Shown here: in pieces, positions 29,374 through 39,698 of the stretch
Layout: every line of letters starts with the position of its first letter
Numbering within the stretch: the first letter of the stretch is position 1
NCBI GenBank assembly: GCA_963666835.2
Contig: CAXXGO010000003.1
Location: forward strand, 192,001-256,000
DNA: 64,000 nt
Direction: 5' to 3'
Origin: Phycisphaerae bacterium
GTDB lineage: Bacteria; Planctomycetota; Phycisphaerae; UBA1845
Translations under genes and position numbers: made by a program
The notes under the pieces: model-generated
What the model was told of the DNA's origin: nothing
Database searches by the model: none
The model's input: the letters and a program-made list of their open reading frames with translations, nothing else

Positions 29374-32300
29374 GTGTTTGGCAGTTACAGGACCGTCTAC
29401 TATCATGACTTCACGGTGATGGTGATCCACTCGATCGCCGACGATCCTCGTCTAAAAAGCCTGAGTGATCAACTGGACTCGCTGCGCGGCGGGGTGATCC
29501 ACGTTTCAGGCTTGTGGGGGTCCGCTGCGCCCATGGCGACCGCGCTGGTCGCGGCACGGTTGCCACGCACTTTCCTCTACATAACGGCACACCTTGAAGA
29601 GGCGGACAACGCTCGTGACGATCTCGAGCTGTTCCTGGGCCGGGCGTGCCCTTTGTTCGCCGCGTGGGAGGCCTTGCCGGGCGAAGGTGCGGCCGTGGGC
29701 GAGATCCAGGCGGAACGCCTTCGCCTGTGCGGTGGACTTGTTGGCCGCGGAGCCACGGGGCAGGGGGATGACTGTTCGACCGTAATCGTCGCCCCAATCC
29801 AGGCTCTGATGCAGGCCACTCCAACGCCGGAAGTTCTGGAAAGGAACACGATCAACCTGACGCGCGGGGAAGCCGGCGGAGTTAAGGGTGCGGAGTCACC
29901 GGAGGCGCTGGTGCAATGGGCCGTCGACCGAGGCTATACTCGTTTGGATCTCGTCGAATCACCTGGAGATGTCGCATGTCGCGGGGATATTGTGGATCTC
30001 TTCGCACCCGGAGAGGACAATCCCTTGCGCATTCAGTTCTTCGACGATGAGGTGGAGTCCATTCGTCGGATCGACGCCGGCAGCCAGCGGTCGATAGAGA
30101 CGCTGCAGTCCGCTTCAATCACGGCAGTACCGGCGCAGCGGTCGCCATCCAGTGAAGGTGTGACTGATTTTCTATCCTATCTGCCAAGCGATGCTATAGT
30201 CGTTCTCGACAACCCCACGGCGATTCAGGAGATGGGGGAGACGCTCCGATCTCGGCTGGGCCCGAGCGAACGGATGTTCGGAGTGTCGGACGTTCTTGCT
30301 AGTGCCGGGCGTTTTCCGCAAGCGCATCTTTCGTTGTTCGGGGGGGCGGCGGTCGCAGGCGAGACCGCGGTCGATTTCGCCGTCACTTCCTCCACCCGCT
30401 TCGAGGGCGGTTCGTCGGAGGCTGTTGCGGAGCTGTGTCGAATTGCCGCCGACCACGAAGTACACGTTGTGTGCGACAATGAGGGCGAACGTCAACGCCT
30501 AAGAGAGATGATCGCCGAGCATTCCCCGGAAGGTGGATCGTCCATAACGCTATCGATAGGGGTCATGCACCGCGGGTTCACCTGGACGGCGTCACGAACC
30601 GTGGTGATTCCCCACCATGAGATCTTCCACCGCCACCGGCAGCGCCGGCGCATCCGTCGCATGCACGCGGGACGCCCGCTCGATTCCTGGACTGACCTGA
30701 AGCCCGGCGATCTGGTCGTGCATGTTGTACACGGGATCGCGCTGTATCGCGGGCTGGTGACCATGCGAAAGGGCAAATCGCAACAGGAAGGGGAGTTCCT
30801 CAGTCTGGAGTTTGCCGGACAGGCCATGGTCCATGTGCCGACCTCGCAAGTCGATTTGGTTCAGCAGTACATCGGGGTCGGCGGGCGAAAACCGTCCCTA
30901 TCCAAGCTGGGCGGCAAACGGTGGGGGCGGGTGAAGCAACAGGTTGAGGACTCGTTGGCGGATCTGGCCGAGTCGCTCCTTCGAGTGCAGGCGATTCGCG
31001 AAGAGGCGGACGGGACGGCTTATCCTGTCGACACGGAGTGGCAGCGCGAATTCGAGGCGGCCTTCCCTTACGAAGAGACCGAAGACCAGATCACTGTAGC
31101 CGGTGAGATTCGGGAAGACCTGATGCGTACGCGTCCTTTGGACCGGCTGGTTTGCGGTGACGTCGGATACGGCAAGACGGAACTAGCCATGCGGGCGGCA
31201 TTCAAGGTCATGGAATACGGCCGCCAGGTTGCGGTTCTGGTGCCGACTACGGTGCTTGCCGAACAGCACTACCGGACCTTCACGGAGCGGTTTGCGGATT
31301 ACCCGTTTAACGTGGAATGTCTGTCGCGCTTCCGCGGGGCGGCATCACAAAAGAAGATCATCGGTCTCGTGAAGAAGGGGCAGGTCGATGTGGTTGTGGG
31401 TACGCATCGACTGCTGAGCAAGGACGTAGGCTTCGCGGATTTGGGGCTAGTGATCATTGACGAAGAACAGCGGTTTGGAGTTGAACACAAAGAACGCCTC
31501 AAAGCGATGCGTGAGACGGTCGATGTGCTTACGCTGACGGCTACTCCGATTCCGCGGACTTTGCACATGGCCGTGATGGGCATCCGCGATATCAGTTCGT
31601 TGCAGACTCCTCCGGTCGATCGGCGAGCAATTGCAACCGAGGTCCGACCGTTCGACGAGCGTCTCATTCGCGATGCGATCCTCCGGGAGATGAACCGCGA
31701 TGGGCAGGTTTACTTTGTTCATAATCTTGTGCAGTCGATTGCCGCCATGGCGGACCGGGTCCAACGGATTGTGCCCGAGGCTCGGGTGGTCTTCGGTCAT
31801 GGGCAGATGAAGGCCGGTGAATTAGAGAAGGTGATGCACAAGTTTGTGTCTCGCGAGGCGGATGTCCTGGTAGCCACGACCATTATCGAGAGCGGGATCG
31901 ACATTCCCTCGGTCAACACGATCTTCATCAACCGGGCGGAACGGTTTGGGCTGGCGGACCTGCACCAGTTGCGTGGTCGAGTGGGCAGGTCCAGTCATCG
32001 TGCTTATTGCTATTTGTTATTGTCGCCCGGTCGACCTCCGACGGGCAAGGCGGCTAAGCGGCTCAAGACCATCGAGGAATTCAGCGAACTGGGGGCGGGT
32101 TTCCGTATCGCGATGCGCGACCTGGAGATTCGCGGAGCGGGAAACTTGCTGGGACGCGAGCAGAGCGGCTACATCGGAGCCGTCGGATACGAAATGTACT
32201 GCCGGCTGCTGGATCAGACCACCCGCCGCTTGAAGAACGAGCCGGACCCGCACCCGCCTCCCGTGCAGGTGGATCTTGACGTGGCCGCCCATATCCCGCG

Positions 32301-32703
32301 ACACTATATCCACGCGGAGCGATCGCGGATCGAGATATATCGGCGGATCGTCTCGTGCCGGAGCATCGGCGACCTCGAACAGTTGGAGCGGGACTTGCGT
32401 GACGCGTTCGGTCCGTTTCCCAGGCAGGTCGGGCGACTGCTGGAATTAGCCGAGGTTCGGGTGCGTGCCCGGCAGTTCGGAATACAGTCAATCAGCCTTC
32501 GCCGTCCTGATGTGGTATTCGGAATCAGCCGGCTTCCTGCGGCGGAGGCGTTGTTTGCGGAGGCTCCGGGCTCCGTGCGGATGCCGGATCCGAAGACCGT
32601 TCACTTGAGATTACCACCGAGGTACCTGGAACCCGACACCTTGACGGCGATCTTACGAAACATGCTGGTGAAGGCTGCGGAGAGATTGGAGACCATGTCA
32701 TGA
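29374..32703 (+). CDS. mfd: Transcription-repair coupling factor
   Basis: VVHVVHGIA (CarD-like), CGDVGYGKTE, IIDEEQRFGV, TATPIPRTL, QLRGRVGRS, DLEIRGAGNLLG. True start probably ATG 29419. Confidence 0.97.
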   Translation: MFGSYRTVYYHDFTVMVIHSIADDPRLKSLSDQLDSLRGGVIHVSGLWGSAAPMATALVAARLPRTFLYITAHLEEADNARDDLELFLGRACPLFAAWEALPGEGAAVGEIQAERLRLCGGLVGRGATGQGDDCSTVIVAPIQALMQATPTPEVLERNTINLTRGEAGGVKGAESPEALVQWAVDRGYTRLDLVESPGDVACRGDIVDLFAPGEDNPLRIQFFDDEVESIRRIDAGSQRSIETLQSASITAVPAQRSPSSEGVTDFLSYLPSDAIVVLDNPTAIQEMGETLRSRLGPSERMFGVSDVLASAGRFPQAHLSLFGGAAVAGETAVDFAVTSSTRFEGGSSEAVAELCRIAADHEVHVVCDNEGERQRLREMIAEHSPEGGSSITLSIGVMHRGFTWTASRTVVIPHHEIFHRHRQRRRIRRMHAGRPLDSWTDLKPGDLVVHVVHGIALYRGLVTMRKGKSQQEGEFLSLEFAGQAMVHVPTSQVDLVQQYIGVGGRKPSLSKLGGKRWGRVKQQVEDSLADLAESLLRVQAIREEADGTAYPVDTEWQREFEAAFPYEETEDQITVAGEIREDLMRTRPLDRLVCGDVGYGKTELAMRAAFKVMEYGRQVAVLVPTTVLAEQHYRTFTERFADYPFNVECLSRFRGAASQKKIIGLVKKGQVDVVVGTHRLLSKDVGFADLGLVIIDEEQRFGVEHKERLKAMRETVDVLTLTATPIPRTLHMAVMGIRDISSLQTPPVDRRAIATEVRPFDERLIRDAILREMNRDGQVYFVHNLVQSIAAMADRVQRIVPEARVVFGHGQMKAGELEKVMHKFVSREADVLVATTIIESGIDIPSVNTIFINRAERFGLADLHQLRGRVGRSSHRAYCYLLLSPGRPPTGKAAKRLKTIEEFSELGAGFRIAMRDLEIRGAGNLLGREQSGYIGAVGYEMYCRLLDQTTRRLKNEPDPHPPPVQVDLDVAAHIPRHYIHAERSRIEIYRRIVSCRSIGDLEQLERDLRDAFGPFPRQVGRLLELAEVRVRARQFGIQSISLRRPDVVFGISRLPAAEALFAEAPGSVRMPDPKTVHLRLPPRYLEPDTLTAILRNMLVKAAERLETMS

Positions 32704-33860
32704 GACAGGCCATCGTAGGGTTTATGGCTGCAGTTCTGCTATCACTGGGCGGTTGCTACATGCCGGTCGGAGCCGACCCTAAGACGGCATCCGACGCGCC
32801 AAGTGCGCAGGCGACGAGCGAACACACCGGATTAAGCGATGCTTCGGGCGGAGCGTCCTTGACGGTCTATGGAGAGTCGATCAAGGCGGCGGAGATCGCG
32901 ACCGAGTTGCGCGACGAGCTGTCGGTCAAGCGGCGTGAACTATCGCCTGGGGACTACTATGCGTACGTGCAGCAGCGTGCCGCACGTTGGATTAACGACC
33001 GTCTTGCGGACGCGCTGGTATATCACCAAGCCTCACTCCGCTTCCCACCCGAAGCCGACGGCAGGATAGATGCGTACGTTGACAGCGAGATCCGCAATCG
33101 GGTAACCGCCGAGTACGATGGGGTGCAACGCCGTTACGAACGGTACCTTGAGAGCAACGGGCAGACCCTCGAAGACGCCCGGGCCAAGCTGAAACGAGAG
33201 ATTATCATATCGGCCTATCTGGAATCTGACGTTAGACCGAAGATTGCCGAGCCGACTCGAGCTGACCTTTGGACGGTGTTTGAAGCCAATCGGGAAGCGT
33301 GGCGAAAACCGCCGCGCCGGAGCATGTCGCTGATTGACGTACGCGTGATAGACCATTTGCCAGAGGGTGTGAACGAGCCGACGCGGGAGCAGTTGGCTAC
33401 GGCACGAAGGGCGGCCCGCGCGATCATCGAGGAGTCGTTGGCGAGGATTGAGAAAGGCGAGGAGTTCGCGGAAGTTGCGCGCGACCACTCGGACGGACTG
33501 CACGCCTCGCACGGAGGCGCGTGGGGCTGGGTTAAGCCGGATGGAGTTAGAGCCCGGTTTGAGCCGGCCGTCACTGCTCTGTACGGCTTGAATGCCGGGG
33601 AGGTCAGCAAGGTCATCGAGGCTGAGGACGGCTTCTTCCTGGTGCGTTGCGATGAGGTAGACCCGGGCGTCGATCCGAGTTTCGAGGACGTACAACCGGA
33701 ACTCAAGAACCGCCACTTCGTCATGGAGTACAACCGGATCCTCGGCGAACAGGTTGCCGAGCTGCGCAAACGCGCTCAGTTCGATGCCGCCGACTTAGAC
33801 TCGTTTCACGCCGATGTCGTGAGGGTAGCGATGAATCTGCAGCCGGCTGCTACGCCTTGA
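32700..33860 (+). CDS. PpiC/parvulin-type peptidyl-prolyl isomerase lipoprotein (SurA-like)
   Basis: Lipobox LGGC; GEEFAEVARDHS...GGAWGW...GEVSKVIE; overlaps the mfd stop (ATGA). Confidence 0.85.
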   Translation: MRQAIVGFMAAVLLSLGGCYMPVGADPKTASDAPSAQATSEHTGLSDASGGASLTVYGESIKAAEIATELRDELSVKRRELSPGDYYAYVQQRAARWINDRLADALVYHQASLRFPPEADGRIDAYVDSEIRNRVTAEYDGVQRRYERYLESNGQTLEDARAKLKREIIISAYLESDVRPKIAEPTRADLWTVFEANREAWRKPPRRSMSLIDVRVIDHLPEGVNEPTREQLATARRAARAIIEESLARIEKGEEFAEVARDHSDGLHASHGGAWGWVKPDGVRARFEPAVTALYGLNAGEVSKVIEAEDGFFLVRCDEVDPGVDPSFEDVQPELKNRHFVMEYNRILGEQVAELRKRAQFDAADLDSFHADVVRVAMNLQPAATP

Positions 33861-34002
33861 TTCGGCGGACAATTGGCAGGCGCTCGGTTTCGAAATCGCC
33901 ACGACCCCCGGCCGACTATGCCGGACACGTGGTGCATGCGATAGATTCACCCGACAAGTGACATTGGTGCGGTGTTCGCGGCGAGTTTGGAAGGACCTTG
34001 CG

Positions 34003-34245
34003 ATGAGCCGGATAAGCAGTAGTCGTTGGTGGCGTCGGGTTGGTACGTTGGTTTCTGGTGGGGCAACGTTGTTCTCGGGTTGCGTTGCCTATGTCGACAT
34101 GCCGAGCGGCTACGTGGACATCTCTCCTGAGGGCGTTTTCGTTGATCTGCCGGGGGTCTCCGTGAACGTAACGGCCGGTGCGCTGGCAATCGACACTCCG
34201 GCCGTGGATGTCGATATCCGCGGCGATTCCGGCTGCGGGGTGTGA
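34003..34245 (+). CDS. Small putative lipoprotein with beta-hairpin repeats
   Basis: AAGGA RBS; LFSGC lipobox; repeated V-D-x-P-x-x-x-V units. Confidence 0.55.
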   Translation: MSRISSSRWWRRVGTLVSGGATLFSGCVAYVDMPSGYVDISPEGVFVDLPGVSVNVTAGALAIDTPAVDVDIRGDSGCGV

Positions 34246-34459
34246 ATCCGGTTCGATTGTGCGGGCTCGAATAGCCCATAACCCCGCCGAAAAGGCTCTG
34301 ACGCCAAGTCCGGGTGGCCTTTGCGCCCACCGTTTTGGGTAGTCTTTGGACGGCGGGCCGGATTACCCGAGTGGTTTATTCGGAGCGGGAGCGGACAGGA
34401 GCAGCGTGTGCGGATATAATGCTACCGACATTTTCCACGGAGGGTGAGCGGAGAACCTT

Positions 34460-35059
34460 GTGATGTCGGTGGGGGAGATGATTGGTTTGTTGTTAGCGAC
34501 CGGAGTCGTCGGTGGGGCCGTGGGAGCGGCCGTCACGACGGCGCTGGTGGGACGTCGGCGCGCGGCGGAGGACTGCAGTCGGCAGCAGGTCGACGTGCTG
34601 GGGCGATGGCTGGCGGCGCGGATTACGCTTGGCCGGGTCTCGGCGTCGTTTGTGGCGGCGTTTCGATCGCTGGCCGCCGAGCCCACCGACTCGGATTACT
34701 TCTCACTTCGAACGGAAGAAGCGCAGCGCGCCCGCACCCAATGGTGTGAGGCCGTGGGTGAGCTGGATCTTGCGGAAGCGTCATTGCGGGCGTGGATTCC
34801 CTCATCACTCGTAGATGGGCGAAATGAGTGCTTCGAACGGGTGAGCGCCGAGGTTCTGCGCGTTGCCATCGACGGCAAGGAACCCGAACTGGACCGGTTG
34901 ATGAAGGAGCTGCAGTCTGCGGATCGATCGGCGGCGAAGTTCGTAGAGGAAACGTCGGCTATCCTCAGACCACCGCCGCCCTGGATGACCGGAGAGAGGC
35001 TTCTCGGGCGACTAGCCCTGCAGGTGAGGCGTATCGTCGGTCATTGGGCTCGGGGGTGA
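34460..35059 (+). CDS. Membrane-anchored hypothetical protein
   Basis: N-terminal TM helix followed by a helical domain. Confidence 0.6.
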   Translation: MMSVGEMIGLLLATGVVGGAVGAAVTTALVGRRRAAEDCSRQQVDVLGRWLAARITLGRVSASFVAAFRSLAAEPTDSDYFSLRTEEAQRARTQWCEAVGELDLAEASLRAWIPSSLVDGRNECFERVSAEVLRVAIDGKEPELDRLMKELQSADRSAAKFVEETSAILRPPPPWMTGERLLGRLALQVRRIVGHWARG

Positions 35060-35103
35060 GGGACCGGGATGACCCGACACAGCCGTCGCACGCATATCGT
35101 ACA

Positions 35104-35874
35104 TCACGTAGTGCCGAGTACGCGGCGTATACGCCCCGTCTGAGGGTGACTGCGTTTGTACTGTCCGACGATCCGGGCGAGGCGATTGAGCGTACTCATT
35201 CCATCCGCGGTTGCGTCAAGACCCAGGAAGTGAAAACCGAGCGACGCTCGACCGCCTTCCGTTGCTTCCCGGTGCCGCAGGACTGCGTCGAGCATCAGTG
35301 CGGCGGCGCCGTGCCTCGGGGAGAATACGCATTTGTAGGAAGCGCCCACTTCAACGTCGGTGAGATCGGTTGTCTTAATTCTCAATCCACCGGCCGAGAT
35401 ATCCACCAACTGACCGTGACGGACATCTCGGCTCTCCGGAGTGGTTTCTACGTTGCCATCGGTCCGCCAGAATCTTACGGCGACAATCATGCCGGGGGGT
35501 GGGGTCGCTCGTTCAAAGACGCGACGCTGAAGCTGCTGCAGCCCTTCGGGCCAGGCGACGGTAACAACCAAGGACTCGTCTCCGGCTGACACCGACCTGA
35601 CAATGGACCGAAACATGCACTTCTTGTGGCTTAATCGAAAAGTAATGCCGACCGTGGCGCCGACCGGCGGCGCTTCGCTCAGGGATGCCTCGTTCAGATC
35701 TCTGGTCTTTATCCGTAGTATTCCGGATGCTCGGCTTCCTGAAAGGAAGTTCGCTCGATGAACACGCCAGCCGTCGGCATCCTGATGGCTTAGGCTCACG
35801 TGGTACTCGTGGCGAATCGAGTTCTCGATGATCCCGTCGCAACGTTCTTCGACGATTGTCTGTAGTCCTGCCAT
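35104..35874 (-). CDS. PilZ-domain (YcgR-like) c-di-GMP receptor
   Basis: QRRVFER (RxxxR) and DISAGG motifs; start ATG 35874 or TTG 35907. Confidence 0.85.
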   Translation of the reverse strand: MAGLQTIVEERCDGIIENSIRHEYHVSLSHQDADGWRVHRANFLSGSRASGILRIKTRDLNEASLSEAPPVGATVGITFRLSHKKCMFRSIVRSVSAGDESLVVTVAWPEGLQQLQRRVFERATPPPGMIVAVRFWRTDGNVETTPESRDVRHGQLVDISAGGLRIKTTDLTDVEVGASYKCVFSPRHGAAALMLDAVLRHREATEGGRASLGFHFLGLDATADGMSTLNRLARIVGQYKRSHPQTGRIRRVLGTT

Positions 35875-35897
35875 CGTGTAGAGCCTCGCCTGTTTTG

Positions 35898-36620
35898 CTA
35901 GTGGCAATCCTGTAACGTCGCCAGCAGGTGACCGCGTTGGGATCCCGAGTCTCCATTGTCCAGGAACTCGAGACCCAGGACCGCTTGGTCCGGAGTGCCG
36001 GCCTCGGTGCGGCCTGTTACGCGAGCCGCAAAGTCGAACTCCTGTGGGGGAGTCCCCAACTCAAATGCGGCTCTGACCATAGCCCCCTCGACAAGGTGAG
36101 TTGTTTCGCTTGCTCGAACTCGACACGCGAGACCGCCGGCGCTGAGGTTCAACAGGGTGGCCTCGAAAGACCGCTGCCCGGCTGCCGAATCGCTCTGTAG
36201 GGTCACTTTGGTGTGGGGTCTGAGGCGGCGTCGGCGGGTGCGTCGCCGGTCGACGGCGGAGATAGACTCGGGTCGCTGAACCAGAACGGTATTGTCTTCT
36301 CCGGGCTGTTCCAAGCCGACGAAGCGAGTGGCGAACAGATACGTGATGTCGTCAACGACCACTTCGGCCCAAAGGGCCGCATCCACCGGGATCGTCGATA
36401 CGCCCTGCATGCCAAGCCGGACATCGATGAGCAACTGTTCGCCGTCGGCTTTTCGCAGGGTGCCCGAGAGCACCTCCTCGTGTCCCGCGATCTCCAGACC
36501 GAGGGTTATCGGAACCTGCCGGGAAACGGCATTCTCTACGATGAGCGCGGAGTCGCTTGCAGTGAGCGCGCGAACCGGACTGACTGCCACGGTAGTGGGC
36601 ATCGTCATTCTCTCTGACAA
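35898..36620 (-). CDS. PilZ-domain (YcgR-like) c-di-GMP receptor
   Basis: DRRRTRR and NLSAGG motifs; LGLEF end. Confidence 0.85.
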   Translation of the reverse strand: MSERMTMPTTVAVSPVRALTASDSALIVENAVSRQVPITLGLEIAGHEEVLSGTLRKADGEQLLIDVRLGMQGVSTIPVDAALWAEVVVDDITYLFATRFVGLEQPGEDNTVLVQRPESISAVDRRRTRRRRLRPHTKVTLQSDSAAGQRSFEATLLNLSAGGLACRVRASETTHLVEGAMVRAAFELGTPPQEFDFAARVTGRTEAGTPDQAVLGLEFLDNGDSGSQRGHLLATLQDCH

Positions 36621-36907
36621 GTTGCCGGTCTCGCCCGATCGGTGTCAGTCTGCGGGGTCCCCGGCGGTCCATGCCGTCCGACCGAGTCGCACGTCCATTG
36701 CCCCGGGAGCCGGTACGGTAGGACATGCGCGTTGGTCATCTTCAATTCGGACACGGCGGGCGGCCACTTAAGGATGAAACGCCGGCCCCATAATCAACGC
36801 GGATGGAGCGAGTCAGCGATCGTGGGGTCGGGAGTCTGCTCGGCAGCAAACCCGTAACGCAGGCTTCCAGCCTGCCCACGGTTCACACGACGTGTCGAAC
36901 GAAGAGC

Positions 36908-38113
36908 CTACTCGGGGGCGAGCTCGTGCGACGAGGCGGCACGGTCACCCGTTGCCGCGGGCGGATCCGACTCCGCGGCGACCACGTCGCCCGGCTTATA
37001 GGAACCGGTAGCCGTAACGAGCAGGCCCGGCAGAGCGCAGGTCATTGCCACCAGCCGGATGAAAAACGCCACACAGACAATCTGGGACGGGCTGCCGAAG
37101 GGCGCGAGGAAGTAGCGATAAGTGAGTTCGACAGTTCCCAGACCTTGGGGAGGGCCGGGGAGGGTCTGCACGAGTATTCCGGTGAAGAATGACGCGTAGT
37201 ACTCCAGGACGTTGCCGAGATTGGCGTCGAGGGCCAGAGCCACCGCCACGGTGAAATACGCCCCCAAGGCCACGATCTGCAGGAGTATGGTCAGAAGCAT
37301 GGCACCGGTCAGAATGGCCTTGTGCTTGAACAACACGCGGGCCGTTTTGTCGACGCGCTGCAGTTGTTCGTATGCCGGAAGACGCGAGAGCCATTTACGC
37401 GGCAGAAGATGCTCGCGAACCACCGGTGACAGGTAGATCAGCCCGCCCACCACGCCGGCCCCTAAGAAGCTGAGAAAGTAAGGCGCAAGATCCGCCAGCC
37501 GGCTGCCGGCCGGGCAGAAGGTCGTTATCGTCGCGACGATTAGCAGTAGGCTGCTGAGCCCGACCACTCGGTCCAGAAGGACAGTGGTGACGGCCTCGGT
37601 TTTGTGCTCGGTGTGTAGCGATACGAAGTACGCTTTGAATACGTCCCCGGCGTTGGAGCCCAGTGGAGTCGCGAAGTTCAGGAAATTGCCGGCGAAAGAG
37701 AGCTTGAGGCACTCCCAATACCCTACGCGGATGTCCTGGGCGCGGAGTAACCACTGCAGTCTGAGCGATTGCGGGAGAATCACCGGGAAGTGAATCGCCA
37801 CCGCCAACAGCAGCAGCCACTTTGAGCTTTTCCGCCACGAGGTCTTGAGCCCGAATGAGACGCACGGAACTCCGTCGGAATCCGCCGCGATATCAACGGC
37901 CGCGACGGTCTGTTGTTCCCCGTTCGGAAGCACGACGACCAAATGACCGTCTGCCTGAAGGTCGCCGGTGACGCAACCGACGATGTCGGGGCTGCCGTCC
38001 GCCGGGACTACGTGGTCGTGGATAGTGACCCCCTGCACTACGATTGCCAGTGCCGCTACGCACAACGCAATGCGGATGACGTTCAACAGTCTTTTCTTGC
38101 TGAATGGCGTCAC
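36908..38113 (-). CDS. Lysylphosphatidylglycerol synthase TM / flippase-like (UPF0104) membrane protein
   Basis: GNFLNFATPLGSNAGDVFKAY, LLDRVVGL, PGPPQGLGTVE; multiple TM helices; GTG 38113 start. Confidence 0.85.
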   Translation of the reverse strand: MTPFSKKRLLNVIRIALCVAALAIVVQGVTIHDHVVPADGSPDIVGCVTGDLQADGHLVVVLPNGEQQTVAAVDIAADSDGVPCVSFGLKTSWRKSSKWLLLLAVAIHFPVILPQSLRLQWLLRAQDIRVGYWECLKLSFAGNFLNFATPLGSNAGDVFKAYFVSLHTEHKTEAVTTVLLDRVVGLSSLLLIVATITTFCPAGSRLADLAPYFLSFLGAGVVGGLIYLSPVVREHLLPRKWLSRLPAYEQLQRVDKTARVLFKHKAILTGAMLLTILLQIVALGAYFTVAVALALDANLGNVLEYYASFFTGILVQTLPGPPQGLGTVELTYRYFLAPFGSPSQIVCVAFFIRLVAMTCALPGLLVTATGSYKPGDVVAAESDPPAATGDRAASSHELAPE

Positions 38114-38141
38114 GGTCCGGCCTCTTGATACATCGACCCTA

Positions 38142-39698
38142 TTATCGGTCTGTCGACCCCCGCGGCTCCACGTAGCGTCCGCCATTGGTTTCCGGCCAGG
38201 AGGGCGTCGTAACACGGCCGGAGTTCTGTGAATCGAACCGATTCCGGCTCTCGGGGTTATCGGTCATGGTGCTTCGGACTGCCACTCGCCAGCGGGCCTC
38301 CAATTGGTCGAGTGTAATGCCGTCGTACTGCTCCGCCAGAGCATCCGCGAGAGTGCTGCCCATCTTGAGTCGCTTGACGAACCCCGCAAAACGGGTGGCG
38401 CCCAATGACCTGATGAAATCGACCACGCTTTGCGCAATCGCGTATTCGTGGACATCGATCGGGCCGGTGCTGCGGAGGAGTCGGCCGATAGGCCAATCGT
38501 AACGCACGTACTGCCGAGCCAAGAGCGCGGCATTCTCTCCGGCAGGGCACCGGTCGCCCAGCACGAGCTCGGCCATTGAATCGGCGCAGCCTTCGTTCAC
38601 CCAATGCGGGATCAATCGCGGAGTGTACAAGCGGTGGATGAAGGCGTGAGTGCCTTCGTGGACCAGCGTGCAGGCGAACCGGTCAAAATCCGCCGGAGTT
38701 CGCCCGCGGCGCAGTAAGACAAGGTGAACGTGTCCGTTGCTCGCGATGGAACGTGCGTAGCCGATCGCGTTGTCCCCACTGTAACCATCGAATTGTTGGG
38801 CAAATCTGCGGAAACGGGCCTTGGAACGAAAGCAGAATACCGGGCACTTTGCCAGGAAGATCGAATCTTCACCGGTGAGATCGAACTGGCGGCAAAGCGC
38901 CGCGTACATGGCCTCACACCACTCGGCCAGCTTTGGCCGATCCGGTTTGCGCCAATCGGTCCAGATAAGAAAATGGTCGGTTTCGACGAGAGTCATCTCC
39001 TCTCCGATGACCTCGCGGACCTTCTCTCCGAAGTCTCGGTAGATAGCCAGGACGCGCTCCCGCACCTCCCGGGGTGTTTCGATTGCAGTGAGCTGCAAGT
39101 CAGGCAGCTCGGCGCCAACCTGTTCGGTAAGACCGGATTGAAGAGAGTTGCTGTCGCCTTTCGTCGTACTATCCGGGACAGGATTCGTATGCTCTTCGCC
39201 CAGCGATTCACCGGAGTGGTGTTGCTCCTCCTGCCGAGTTCGATGGGCCTTAAGGGCTTCTCTGACCGGTTCGGAATACGACGGATCAAGCCTATTCGCT
39301 TGTCGAAACTCGGCTGCGGCGGCGCTGCCCCGAGAGTATTGCAGGGCGAAGCACCCCAAACCGAAATGATCCTCCGCGGTCAGATTGTCGTTGCCGCCGC
39401 GCTGGAACTCCAGCAACGCCCGTCGAGCAGCCAAGGCGGAGCCGGGTTCAAGCTCGCTCCAAGCGAAGACGTAGGGGGTAGACTCATGGGCGATCACAAG
39501 ACCGTGGTCCGTATGGTCGACGACAAGCCCGTCCAGGCCGCCTCCGGTCCGCAGTTTCACGTCGACCCGGATGGCCCGCGTCTCAGTCTCGGCGGCAGCC
39601 GGTTGCACAACCACGGCAGAGAACAGAACGACCGCCGCAAGTCGGCTCCACAGCGAACTTCGTATCAAACCCGTGATCAAAACCTCGCCGCGCCTCAC
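38142..39698 (-). CDS. Secreted gluzincin-type (peptidase MA-like) protein
   Basis: HExxH in LVHEGTHAF plus downstream PHWVNEGCA; signal peptide. Confidence 0.75.
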   Translation of the reverse strand: MRRGEVLITGLIRSSLWSRLAAVVLFSAVVVQPAAAETETRAIRVDVKLRTGGGLDGLVVDHTDHGLVIAHESTPYVFAWSELEPGSALAARRALLEFQRGGNDNLTAEDHFGLGCFALQYSRGSAAAAEFRQANRLDPSYSEPVREALKAHRTRQEEQHHSGESLGEEHTNPVPDSTTKGDSNSLQSGLTEQVGAELPDLQLTAIETPREVRERVLAIYRDFGEKVREVIGEEMTLVETDHFLIWTDWRKPDRPKLAEWCEAMYAALCRQFDLTGEDSIFLAKCPVFCFRSKARFRRFAQQFDGYSGDNAIGYARSIASNGHVHLVLLRRGRTPADFDRFACTLVHEGTHAFIHRLYTPRLIPHWVNEGCADSMAELVLGDRCPAGENAALLARQYVRYDWPIGRLLRSTGPIDVHEYAIAQSVVDFIRSLGATRFAGFVKRLKMGSTLADALAEQYDGITLDQLEARWRVAVRSTMTDNPESRNRFDSQNSGRVTTPSWPETNGGRYVEPRGSTDR

